Assembly (NCBI RefSeq): GCF_037042905.1
Contig: NC_087250.1
Location: 16,370,001-16,434,000 of the forward strand
Direction: 5' to 3'
Length of the DNA stretch: 64,000 nt
DNA from: Lytechinus pictus
Taxonomy: Eukaryota
Within the stretch, counting starts at the first letter, position 1. Each line of letters opens with the position of its first letter. Both the position numbers and the translations under genes were made by a program. Below the pieces are notes generated by a model. That model made no database searches. It saw only the letters and a program-made list of their open reading frames with translations, and was not told the DNA's origin. Below are positions 11,548 to 24,600 of this stretch, piece by piece.

Positions 11548-12649
11548 AGGCTATTTCAGATGTAAAGCTTATTTTTTCTTTGGGATCATTGGGAATCTCT
11601 ATTATCAGAATCACACAGATTTGGGTGTGTACAAACTCGGGGCACCTTATAATCTGTCAGTGGTCCTGACTGTACTTCGAGGACTCTGATATTTTTATCA
11701 TTTTTTCATTGTATTTTCATTCACGGAGCCTAGACAAGTCTCAGTTGCCTGTAGAACTTTGTACACTAAGATGGATTTCCCTAGAGAATCCACCTTTCCC
11801 ACAATAATTTTGGGGCAAACATTTAATTTGTCCAATTTGTAAGCTTTTGTACTCTAAATGCATACAAAGGCTTTAAAAATGTTAATCGTAGGAAGGTGAA
11901 AATTTTGAAGGATCCCTTTCTTACAATTCCCTCGCTAATAACGCAATGACATGAACTTTAACTCGAGTGACGTACGTATGCAAGAAATACAGAATTGGTG
12001 CACATACATAGCTGATTGATTGTGCTAGTACTGGTACTAGATTCCAGGCTGACGTAGTGGATCGGTTTGGACGTTCTAATTTCAATGACAAGTTTAGATG
12101 GTAAATTGGCGCTAATAATATTTTGCATTGGTCAATCTCGCGATGCCAGAAAACTAATTCCAACTCAAAATTTGTCGGATTTTTTTGCAAAATATATATT
12201 TAATTGATCCTTGACCTGAATTTAAGCCAAATCAGGCATAGGGAATGGCTGTATTTTGGCCTCGGAGTTTGAATTCTCAGTCCTGGTTACCCCATAACCA
12301 TTTAAAACACATGAATTAAAATCGTAATTATAAAAAAGTAATATGTTTTATGTGTCAAATAAATTGATTCTAAAATTTCCTTCCTTATACAGAGATGGTT
12401 AAAGGTCTTGAGGGCATCATGCCCCCCCCCGACTTGACTTTACATGTTAATATTTGAAGTATAAATTATGTAACAAACCCACATCGTTTTTTAATCATTT
12501 GAAATAAATTGGAAATTAATATTGAAACCATCTAGTTTTTAATGAAGATTAATAAATCGTTTATGTAGAAAAGGTTTTTATGTTTCTCCTCTTCTGTTAT
12601 TTTTGCAGATGCTGTAATTTGAAACGGAAGGTGTCCTGCCAATAAATTT

Positions 12650-13314
12650 TCATCCCACCTGAACTGCCTTGCCTGCCTGCACCCAGTCATCTGTTCCTGA
12701 GCATTTTCTATTTTTCATTATCGTTCGTTTCGGCCTGTATGAAGTGAATTTCACATTGATTGGTGGAGCTGCTAAGTTGGCATTACAGGGCCACGCCGGG
12801 GTATGATCCTTGGGGTTGAACATCATGACTGCTAGTTGGTCGGTGAAGGTGATGGGATCGATCGATGTCACATGGAGTAAGATCGATACCAATCTGCTTT
12901 GCTACATTTCGAACAATCTCATACGGATACGGATATTATTGCGACAGGAGTACTGCTCGATGTGGTCAAGCCTATTTGACAAAGCATTATGGTGTTAGTC
13001 ATGTTATCAGAAACCGATTTTTCGAAATCACGGAGTTGCTTCAATTTGGTATCGATAGATATTTCAAGAACGTGTAGACTAGTGAGCTTTTCATCAAGAA
13101 TTCCACGCAATTTATTTTCGCGCTTATCCATGTCATCATTGAGTTTTTGGCTCTCGCGTTCCATTGCCACGGCCACCGCTCTTTGAACGACTGTATCAAT
13201 ATGATCTCGGTATGCTGGGCTTTGTTTAGATCCAGTTAATGATGAAGCAGAGGATTGTGTACATGCGTTAGCCGAGTGCAAGTGGCCTCTTGATCTGGTG
13301 GATATCTTAGACAT
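12650..13314 (-). pseudogene. LINE ORF1 remnant (coiled-coil + RRM type, L1/CR1/L2-like)
   Basis: A coiled-coil ORF (12919-13314), then after a frameshift LDHIEQYSCRNNIRI (cf. LEQYSRRNNIRI), and PPINVKFTSYRPKRTIMKNRK. Confidence 0.75.
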
Positions 13315-13659
13315 GTTGTTAGAGATTACGTAATGATATAATTGAAAAGTGGGATGGGCTGTGCATCTGCCAACTCACCAGTCAACCAATTAGAGACGGC
13401 CTTCCAAAGTGACACAGCACGAAAATATCAATATGGGACTGGTCTAGTCAACACATAGATCCTGAAAAAAACCATGGAGACCGCAGACGCAAAATGACTT
13501 CCATACATAAAGATATGATGCACAATTTCCAGTGGGTTCAAAACACTGAACACATGCTATGCTGATACACAGACTATCATAAGAACTTTATCAAGCATAG
13601 GAAATCTGGTATGAAATCTCTGAGCTCACATAAAAAGCCTACGTAGCTACATGTAGGGA

Positions 13660-14942
13660 AGAAAATGCACAATTGCTGAGAAATGAGCAAAATAAGCATG
13701 TAATTCTATCAAATGTCAGGTATTTTTCGAATCGATTATAATACACTGTCCCACAAACGCTTTTCTGTGTTTATAGCGATCATGAGAATTATCGATTTAA
13801 GTTTAAAAATTCATGATTTTACAGAGATACAAGTTTACATTAATGTACCAGATGTAGATTATGTACAATATATTGACAATTAACTTTGATTTTATAGATT
13901 TCCTCAAGAAATAATTGTTTGCTGTAACTACTGTCTTTTCCTTCTAAGTGATAGTGTAATACAACAGTTCCACAAACTAATTTCATCAGACTTATTAATG
14001 TATGATTCTTTCACCCAAATGCAAGCTTCCATAAATCCTGAAAACTTTGCAACTCAGGTATTTTTTTTTTACATACAGTATATTTTTTCCTACATTACAT
14101 AGTTGCCTTAAGTTAATAACCCACCTCTAGTAGTAACTATCTTAAAATGAGTTCGAACAGAATCCAACACAATTACCAGCAAAGTGTATGTATATTTAAA
14201 AGATGTGTGCCAAATAGCTCGGGAAGAAAATGTGTAATTATTGAGAAATGAGCAAAATAAGCATGTAATTCTATCAAATGTCAGGTATTTTTCAAATCAA
14301 TCATAATACACTGTCCTGTCCCACATATGCTTTTCTGTGTTAGTGATCATCAGAATTATTGATTTTAAGTTTAAAATTCATTGTTTTACAAAGATACAAG
14401 TTTACATTAATTTACCAGGGCCCCGTCTTACAAAGAGTTATGATTGATCCGATCAATCGCAACTATGGACGGTCAGCAACGTTAACATGTATTAAGCATG
14501 TTTTTTAAAAATATTTTCTAGCTATGATGTATGTTCATGCCTTCATTGTTTTCTCAAAAATTTGCTGCGCTTCTCTTTGCATACAAAGGACATTGTGCGA
14601 ATATTTCTTAGAAAAAAATTATGACAATGATGGATTTCCATAGAGTTATGATTGATCGGATCAATCGTAACTCTTTGTAAGACGGGGCCCAGATCTAGAT
14701 TATGTACAATATTTTGACAATTAACCTTAATTTAAAAGACTTTCTGAAGAAATAATTGTTTGCTGCAACTACTGTCTTTTACCCCTAAGTGATAGTGTAA
14801 TACAACCCAAACTTTTCATAAGAATTAATGTACATGTATGATTCTTTTACCCAAATGCGAGCTTCCATAAATCCTGAAATTATTCCAACTCAGGTATTAT
14901 TTTTTTTACATACAGTATATTTTTACCTACATTACATAGTTG
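13660..14942 (+). repeat. Diverged tandem duplication of an ~450-560-bp unit (13660-14105 vs 14225-14942)
   Basis: Collinear shared blocks from GAGAAATGAGCAAAATAAGCATGTAATTCTATCAAATGTCAGG through TACATTACATAGTTG. Only the second copy carries a MITE. Confidence 0.8.
14419..14689. mobile_element. PIF/Harbinger-type MITE, 271 bp
   Basis: ~50-bp TIRs GGCCCCGTCTTACAAAGAGTTA.../...TAACTCTTTGTAAGACGGGGCC and a 3-bp TSD CAG. The empty site (TACCAGAT) is visible in the paralogous copy near 13845. Confidence 0.88.
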
Positions 14943-17900
14943 TCTAAAGTTGAAGGTATATTTATTTACAATTTCAACGAAAAAGCTTTATTCTTGGAGA
15001 TCATTATGCCTCTGTTATGTATTAATTTGTATTTATACATGTACAATTGTATGTATTGGTATAACAAACGTTGTAATTTCATTCCTTTGACCCTAATACT
15101 GCATTTTCATAGAAAAGTGTTTTTTTTTTCAATCTATTTAGAGTTTTCAACTTTTTGTTTTCCTTTTTTTTGCTGGTAATATCATGTTATGCAACTTTTA
15201 TTTATTAATAGAATATTTGCCACGATTTCGTAATTGAAATGCGTACATGTATTTGATTTCGTTTTCCATTTTTGTATATATTCTTTTTCGGGGGGGGGGG
15301 GGTCATGTTCCTGAGACTGAGACAAGTTATGCAAGGCCCTGGCATGGAGGATCATTATATTGTTACTGGGAATGCTGGACATTGTCAGACCACCTCAGTA
15401 TTCACCAAATATAGATAATCCTCAATGACAAGGTCTTTGAAGTGATGTGTGTATGTACATTGCATGTAGAATTTAATGTTTAGGTCATTATCACGTCAGA
15501 ATACGTTAAGATATCATAGTTGACTCCAAAAGACGTCATATTCATTTCAATATGCGATGTCAATATGACGTCTTTTACTAGTCAGCAATATGTTGCAAAG
15601 TCGTCAATCAGACGTCGTAGTTGACTTATTAAGACGTCATAATTACATCAATATGACGTCTGAAACTGGTCAGGAATACGTTGCAAAGTTGTCATTAAGA
15701 CGTCGTGGATGACTTTTAAAGACGTCATAATTACATCAATATGACGTCTAAAACCGGTCAGGAACACGTTGCATGGATGTCATTAAGACGTCGTAGTTGA
15801 CTCTCGAAGACGTCATAATCACGTCAATACACGACGTCAATCTGACCCCTGATACTGGTCAGGAAAACGTTGTAAAAACGTTGCAAAGACGTCATTAAGA
15901 CGTCAAAGTCACTTTTGGAGACGTCATAATGACGTCAATATACGACGTCATAATGACGTTATTCGCGGGTGCAAGATCCCGTCTTTAAGACGTCGTGTTG
16001 TGACGTCAATATGACGTGAGACTCGTCGTAAAAATGACGTAAATATAACGTCATTTTTACCAGTTTCTGCTATCAGGGTTGTTTCCACAGAAATACGGTT
16101 TGCAACTCTATAGAGCTACATCTGGTATAAAAAGCATTCGCAAGTCACAACTGTACGTTAACATCTAATTTGAATGTGATATTTAACCAGATTTGCAATA
16201 GGCACTTCCTGATATGCTTGTAACAAAAAAAACATTCATTAAAGTGTAACCTCAGTTCCAAATAAAACTTCAATAAATTTCGTTGCAAGATGCAGGATAA
16301 GCACCACTGTCCACCACATCATTGATGTGCTGTTTTTTCAAACTATTACATGAACAAGCAAGCACAGCAGTTGTATTGCTGCATACAGTAACACTTGCCC
16401 AGCAACTTTCCAATTTTTTTATTCTTACTTATTAAGTATACATGTGTACTTTGAAATTGTGTAATTGAATGTATGGGTATTGATAAGAAAATACACAAGC
16501 ATGCAAATATACATGTACATGTAATTCTTATCAAATGTACACATATATGCCTTCAACTTAAGTAATTGAAAGAATGGGTATTAATAGTAACAAGAAGGAG
16601 GAACATACAAGTAGTTCAGCTGTTTTGTAAAAGTATCCAAGTTGTGGACTTTGAGCACCTTTGTAGATTTTATATATTATTTTATTGAAGATTTAACAGT
16701 TTGGTGTACATACAGAGAGTTATCTATCATTACTTCGTTAGAAACTTGTTGTTTTCATCAGTTTTGCTTGTTTTACAATTTGAAAATAAAACAGAGGTGT
16801 TAAATCAGACTCCATGAGGGTGTATCATTCTTTTAAAGTATCTCTAAAGCATGTGGAACAGAAATGAAAATTATTACATTGAAAGTATCTGTTAAGAAGA
16901 AGAGAAAATAGAGAAAACTAATTTTTTTCATAAAAGTTGATTTAAATCAGTGATTTTTTTGAAAAAAATCAAGTGATTTAAATCGCGATTTAAATCATGA
17001 TTTAAATCGACATGATTTAAATCAAACAACCCTGCTGTAAACCGTTTTGTACTTCAATTTTAAAAGCGAAAATGATAAAGGAACGGGAGAAAGGCAGATA
17101 AAGAGGGGGGGGCAGAGAGGGGGATATCAATCATCTCGGCAAGTTCATCAAAGCGATCGCCTCTCGGCACAAAAGCCTCATCTTCAAAGACGTCCCGGTC
17201 GCGCTGCCGGTCAGGTGCAAACAGATGTTCCTAGTGTTCAGGATGCGTTCCCAGCCTTACCCACTCATCCTAACTCCCAACCCCCACTGCTGTGCTGCAT
17301 ATGAATGGATATCCAAGGCCCACACCACCTCAAGCATCCAGACCCCCTCCAACCCCCAAACCCACTCAACTTGCTAAACCTAATCCTCAATATAGATCTT
17401 CGCAGTTCTACGCTCAGGATAGTGTACAACCCCCGCGTCATACTACCCGCCCCACACTAGTTTTCAGGCCCCCCAGCGGTACAACATTCCATATCCCAAC
17501 TCTTCACAACGCAGTCATACTCCAATGAATCCGTACCTGGATCCTTAATTATCTCACCAATAAGCGTCGTTCCTACGCTTCGGTAGCTCGACCCCAACCT
17601 TCTTTCTATTCCAGCAAGACCAGGCTGAAGCCAGCGCACAAACCCAGCGCACAGAGCTATCGCGATACAAAACGCCCAGCACCGTGTGCGTAGTCTATTA
17701 GTCGCAGACCCTAAATACGGCTTAAATTCAAACGTCTCGAATATTGTCATAATGCGCACGGAAATGGTATTTAGTTAAAAGGCATAGTTACCCAAACTTA
17801 CCGTGATTGAAAATATGGAATTTCCGTTATGCATTATTCCACATTAAGATTGCTTCAAATATTAGTATATGACTGATTTGTATAACATTTGATTATAATC

Positions 17901-18619
17901 ATAAAGAATTGAATGGAGTATGACATGGCATGCAGATCAGCTGAAAATAATACAGATCAAGAAGAAGCAAACAAAGTTGGTAAAACAATATCGGACAAGC
18001 ATAACAGAGTTATGATATTTTAAAGATCCGCATTTCGACGAGTCCTATATGCATTTCTTCTTTAACATTCAATAGAGAAAAGTAATCTCTTCTGTATATT
18101 CCCACTTTTTTAATCATAAGAATTCATGATTATTCAAAGTTCCTCCTCCTAGAATTAAAAATATTGCATCAAAAATATTTAAAGCATTTGTTCATTAATG
18201 GACATTATTTTGATAATTTCATGTAAGAACATTTTATATAAGCAAGACGAAAGTTGGAACACGATCAAAATCATGATCACTTCAAATGGATAGTCATGAC
18301 TGCGTGCATTTTATTTTCACAAAATACTGCTGACTTCAATATTCATTATCAGATTTTGATGATTGCTTCCGTATTCTCCTTTGTAAATTTAACTCTTATT
18401 GATAACTATATTATTTCCAGCGCAGAGGATGAATCCATTTTATGTTTTCTAAGTTTCCTATGTGTATCAATATATTTTTGAACATTCCCTTAAAAATGCA
18501 TCAATTAATGATTTTATGTGAAGGATCAGTCCCTCTCACATGGGCCTTAAACAAGGGGGGGGGGGGGGGCAGACCCATATTACATTCTCAATAAAAATTA
18601 CATACTGAACGACCTTGAT

Positions 18620-21600
18620 CCATGCACCACGACCTTTCGGGGCACCGTAGACCCCGTCCCCCTTTTCTGTGCACCACTGTTCACCCCTAGATCGATGGAG
18701 TGATAAATAAAGATTAATTTGGTTAATTTTCAAGACATGAAATGGTTATTTCGATTAGCAGCGAATTTATTTCCAAACCAAAGTATAATTGTTGGAATAC
18801 ACATAGCACGCGCTATGTTTTGGTCGACGCACCCCCCCCCCACCTTTCGGGGCATCGGATAACCCTTCTCCCCTTTCTGTGCACCAATGTTCACCCCTAA
18901 ATCGATGGAGTGATTAATAAAGATCAATTTGGTTGATTTTCAAGACATAAAATTGTGATTTCGATTAGCGGCGAATTTATTACCAGCCCCCGGCCACCAA
19001 AGTGGAATAGTTAAAATACACTTACATAATATATAGCACGCCATAACAGCTCGCGCGATATTTTCGGCTATGCACCCCAACCATTCGGGGCACCGTAGAC
19101 CCCGTCCCCCTTTTCTGTGCACCAATGTTTACGCCTAGATCGATGGAGTGATTAATGAAGATTAATTTCGTTGATTTTCAAGACATAAAAAAATGGTGAT
19201 TTCGATTAGCGGCGAATTTATTACCAGCCCCCGGCCACCAAAGTAGAATAGGTGGAATACACTTACATAATATATAGCACGCCATAACAGCTTGCGCGAT
19301 ATTTTTGGCAATGCACCCCAACCTTTCGGGGCACCGTAGACCCCGTCCCCCTTTTTTTTGCACCAATGTTTACCCCTAGATCGATGAAGTGATTACAGAA
19401 GATCAATTTGGTTGATTTTCAAGACATAAAATGGTGATTTCGATTAGCGGCGAATATATTACCAGCCCCCGGCCACCAAAGTGGAATAGTTGGAATACAC
19501 TTACATAATATATAGCACGCCATAACAGCTTGCACGATATTTTCGGCAATGCACCCCAACCTTTCAGGGCACCGTAGACCCCGTCCCCCTTTTTGTGCAC
19601 CAATGTTGACCTCTAGATCGATGGAGTGATTACAGAAGATCAATTTGGTTGATTTTCAAGACATAAAATGGTGATTTCGATTAACGGCGAATATATTACC
19701 AGCCCCCGGCAGCCAAAGTGGAATAGTTGGAATACACTTACATAACATGTAGCACGCCATAACAGCTTGCGCGATGTTTTCGGCAACGCACCCCAACCTT
19801 TCGGGGCACCGTAGACCCCGTCCCCCTTTTCTGTGCACCAATGTTCACGCCTCGATCGATGGAGTGATTATTGAAGATCAATTTGGTTGATTTTCATGAC
19901 ATAAAATGGTGATTTCGATTAGCGGCGAATATATTACAAGACCAAAGTGGAATTTTGGAATACTTATAGCACGCGCTATGTTTTGGTCGACGCACCCCCC
20001 ACCATTCGGGTCATCGGAGACCCCGTCCCCCTTTTCTGTGCACCAATGTTTACGCCTAGATCGATGGAGTGATTAATGAAGATTAATTTCGTTGATTTTC
20101 AAGACATATTAAAATGGTGATTTCGATTAGCGGCGAATTTATTACCAGCCCCCGGCCACCAAAGTGAAATAGTTGGAATACACTTACATAATATATAGCA
20201 CGCCATAACAGCTTACGCGATATTTTCGGCAATGCACCCCAACCTTTCGGGGCACCGTAGACCCCGTCCCCCTTTTTTGTGCACCAATGTTGACCTCTAG
20301 ATCGATGGAGTGATTACAGAAAATCAATTTGGTTAATTTTCAAGACATAAAATGGTGATTTCGATTAGCGGCGAATATATTACCAGCCCCCGGCCACCAA
20401 AGTGAAATAGTTGGAATACACTTACATAATATATAGCACGCCATAACAGCTTGCGCGATATTTTTGGCTATGCACCCCGACCTTTCGGGGCACCGTAGAC
20501 CCCGTCCCCCTTTTCTGTGCACCAATGTTTACGCCTAGATCGATGGAGTGATTAATGAAGATTAATTTCGTTGATTTTCAAGACATATTAAAATGGTGAT
20601 TTCGATTAGCGGCGAATTTATTACCAGCCCCCGGCCACCAAAGTGGAATAGTTGGAATACACTTACATAATATATAGCACGCCTTAAAAGCTTGCGCGAT
20701 ATTTTTGGCAATGCACCCCAACATTTCGGGGCACCGTAGACCCCGTCCCCCTTTTTTGTGCACAAATGTTCACCCCTAGTTCGATGAAGTGATTACAGAA
20801 AATCAATTTGGTTGATTTTCAAGACATAAAATGGTGATTTCGATTAGCGGCGAATATATTACCAGACCCCGGCCACCATAGTGGAATAGTTGGAATACAC
20901 TTACATAATATATAGCACGCCATAACAGCTTGCGCGATATTTTCGGCAATGCACCCCAACCTAGCTTTCGGGGCACCGTAGACCCCGTCCCCCTTTTTGT
21001 GCACCATTGTTGACCTCTAGATCGATGGAGTGATTACAGAAAATCAATTTGGTTAATTTTCAAGACATAAAATGGTAATTTCGATTAGCGGCGAATATAT
21101 TACCAGTCCCCGGCTACCAAAGTGGAATAGTTGGAATACACTTACATAATATGTAGCACGCCATAACAGCTTGCGCGATATTTTCGGCAACGCACCCCAA
21201 CCTTTCGGGGCACCGTAGACCCCGTCCCCCTTTTTGTGCACCAATGTTTACCCCTAGATCGATGGAGTGATTACAGAAGATCAATTTGGTTGATTTTCAA
21301 GACATAAGATGGTGATTTCGATTAGCGGCGAATATATTACAAAACAAAGTGGAATTGTTGGAATACTTATAGCACGCGCTATGTTTTGGTCGACGCACCC
21401 CCCCCCCCACCATTCGGGTCATCGGAGACCCCGTCCCCCTTTTCTGTGCACCAATGTTCACCCCTAGATCGATGGAATGGTTAATAAAGATCAATTTGGC
21501 TGATTTTCAAGACATAAAACGGTGATTTCGATTAGCGGCGAATTTATTACCAGCCCCCGGTCACCAAAGTGGAATAGTTGGAATACACGTATATAATATA

Positions 21601-24600
21601 TAGCACGCCATAACAGCTCGCGCGATCATTTTGGCTATGCACCCCGACCTTTCGGGGCACCGTAGACCCCGTCCCCCTTTTCTGTGCACCAATGTTCACG
21701 CCTCGATCGATGGAGTGATTAATGAAGATCAATTTGGTTGATTTTCAAGACATAAAATGGTGATTTCGATTAGCGGCGAATTTATTACCAGCCCCCGGCC
21801 ACCAAAGTGGAATAGTTGGAATACACGTATATAATATTTAGCACTCGATAACAGCTCGCGCGATATTTTTTAGCGACCTTTCGGGGCACCGTAGACCCCG
21901 TCCCCCTTTTCTGTGCACCAATGTTTACGCCTAGATCGATGGAGTGATTAATGAAGATTAATTTCGTTGATTTTCAAGACATATTAAAATGGTGATTTCG
22001 ATTAGCGGCGAATTTATTACCAGCCCCCGGCCACCAAAGTGGAATAGTTGGAATACACTTACATAATATATAGCACGCCTTAACAGCTAGCGCGATATTT
22101 TTGGCAATGCACCCCAACCTTTTGGGGCACCGTAGACCCCGTCCCCCTTTTTTGTGCACAAATGTTCACCCCTAGATCGATGAAGTGATTACAGAAGATC
22201 AATTTGGTTGATTTTCAAGACATAAAATGGTGATTTCGATTAGCGGCGAATATATTACCAGCACCCGGCCACCATAGTGGAATAGTTGGAATACACTTAC
22301 ATAATATATAGCACGCCATAACAGCTTGCGCGATATTTTCGGCAATGTACCCCAACCTTTCGGGGCACCGTAGACCCCTATCCCCTTTTTGTGCACCAAT
22401 GTTCACCCCTAGATCGATGGAGTGATTACAGAAAATCAATTGGGTTAATTTTCAAGACATAAAATGGTAATTTCGATTAGCGGCGAATATATTACCAGCC
22501 CCCGGCCACCAAAGTGGAATAGTTGGAATACACTTACATAATATGTAGCACGCCATGACAGCTTGCGCGATATTTTCGGCAACGCACCCCAACCTTTCGG
22601 GGCACCGTAGACCCCGTCCCCCTTTTTGTGCACCAACTTTTACCCCTAGATCGATGGAGTGATTACAGAAGATCAATTTGGTTGATTTTCAAGACATAAG
22701 ATGGTGATTTCGATTAGCGGCGAATATATTACAAAACAAAGTGGAATTGTTGGAATACTTATAGCACGCGCTATGTTTTGGTCGACGCACCCCCCCACCA
22801 TTCGAGTCATCGGAGACCCCGTCCCCCTTTTCTGTGCACCAATGTTCACCCCTAGATCGATGGAATGATTAATAAAGATCAATTTGGCTGATTTTCAAGA
22901 CATAAAACGGTGATTTCGATTAGCGGCGAATTTATTACCAGCCCCGGCCACCAAAGTGGAATAGTTGGAATACACGTATATAATATAAAGCACGCCATAA
23001 CAGCTCGCGCGATAATTTCGGCTATGCACCCCGACCTTTCGGGGCACCGTAGACCCCGTCCCTCTTTTCTGTGCACCAATGTTTACGCCTAGATCGATGG
23101 AGTGATTACTGAAGATTAATTTTGTTGATTTTCAAGACATAAAAAAATGGTGATTTCGATTAGCGGCGAATTTATTACCAGCCCCCGGCCACCAAAGTAG
23201 AATAGTTGGAATACACTTACATAATATATAGCACGCCATAACAGCTTGCGCGATATTTTTGGCAATGCACCCCAACCTTTCGGGGCACCGTAGACCCCGT
23301 CCCCCTTTTTTGTGCACCAATGTTCACCCCTAGATCGATGTAGTGATTACAGAAGATCAATTTGGTTGATTTTCAAGACATAAAATGGTGATTTCGATTA
23401 GCGGCGAATTTATTACCAGCCCCCGGCCACCAAAGTAGAATAGTTGGAATACACGTATATAATATAAAGCACGCCATAACAGCTCGCGCGATATTTTCGG
23501 CAATGCACCCCAACCTAGCTTTCGGGGCACCGTAGACCCCGTCCCCCTTTTTGTGCACCAATGTTGACCTCTAGATCGATGGAGTGATTACAGAAAATCA
23601 ATTTGGTTAATTTTCAAGACATAAAATGGTAATTTCGATTAGCGGCGAATATATTACCAGTCCCCGGCTACCAAAGTGGAATAGTTGGAATACACTTACA
23701 TAATATGTAGCACGCCATAACAGCTTGCGCGATATTTTCGGCAACGCACCCCAACCTAGCTTTCGGGGCACCGTAGACCCCGTCCCCCTTTTTGTGCACC
23801 AATGTTGACCTCTAGATCGATGGAGTGATTACAGAAAATCAATTTGGTTAATTTTCAAGACATAAAATGGTGATTTCGATTAGCGGCGAATATATTACAA
23901 AACAAAGTGGAATTGTTGGAATACTTATAGCACGCGCTATGTTTTGGTCGACGCACCCCCCCCCCCCACCATTCGGGTCATCGGAGACCCCGTCCCCCTT
24001 TTCTGTGCACCAATGTTCACCCCTAGATCGATGGAATGGTTAATAAAGATCAATTTGGCTGATTTTCAAGACATAAAACGGTGATTTCGATTAGCGGCGA
24101 ATTTATTACCAGCCCCCGGTCACCAAAGTGGAATAGTTGGAATACACGTATATAATATATAGCACGCCATAACAGCTCGCGCGATCATTTTGGCTATGCA
24201 CCCCGACCTTTCGGGGCACCGTAGACCCCGTCCCCCTTTTCTGTGCACCAATGTTCACCCCTCGATCGATGGAGTGATTAATGAAGATCAATTTTGTTGA
24301 TTTTCAAGACATAAAATGGTGATTTCGATTAGCGGCGAATTTATTACCAGCCCCCGGCCACCAAAGTGGAATAGTTGGAATACACGTATATAATATTTAG
24401 CACTCGATAACAGCTCGCGCGATATTTTTTAGCGACCTTTCGGGGCACCGTAGACCCCGTCCCCCTTTTCTGTGCACCAATGTTTACGCCTAGATCGATG
24501 GAGTGATTAATGAAGATTAATTTCGTTGATTTTCAAGACATATTAAAATGGTGATTTCGATTAGCGGCGAATTTATTACCAGCCCCCGGCCACCAAAGTG

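Larger units (their letters stand above)
8203..16078. mobile_element. CMC/EnSpm-type non-autonomous element nested in the hAT element
   Basis: TIRs CCCTGATAGCAGA / TCTGCTATCAGGG flanked by TT on both sides (2-bp TSD). Subterminal arrays rich in TGACGT/GACGTCA at 8220-8750 and, inverted, at 15490-16060. Confidence 0.82.
7762..17034. mobile_element. hAT-type non-autonomous DNA transposon, expanded by nested insertions
   Basis: TIRs CAGGGTTGT / ACAACCCTG, perfect 8-bp TSD CTGTAAAC (7754-7761 and 17035-17042), and subterminal GATTTAAATC palindromic repeats at both ends. No transposase ORF recognised. Confidence 0.9.

Noticed and set aside
17047..17760. Pro/Gln-rich ORFs as a host exon or retroelement ORF1
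   Set aside because: No recognisable motif, interrupted frames and no clear splice sites; left unassigned.
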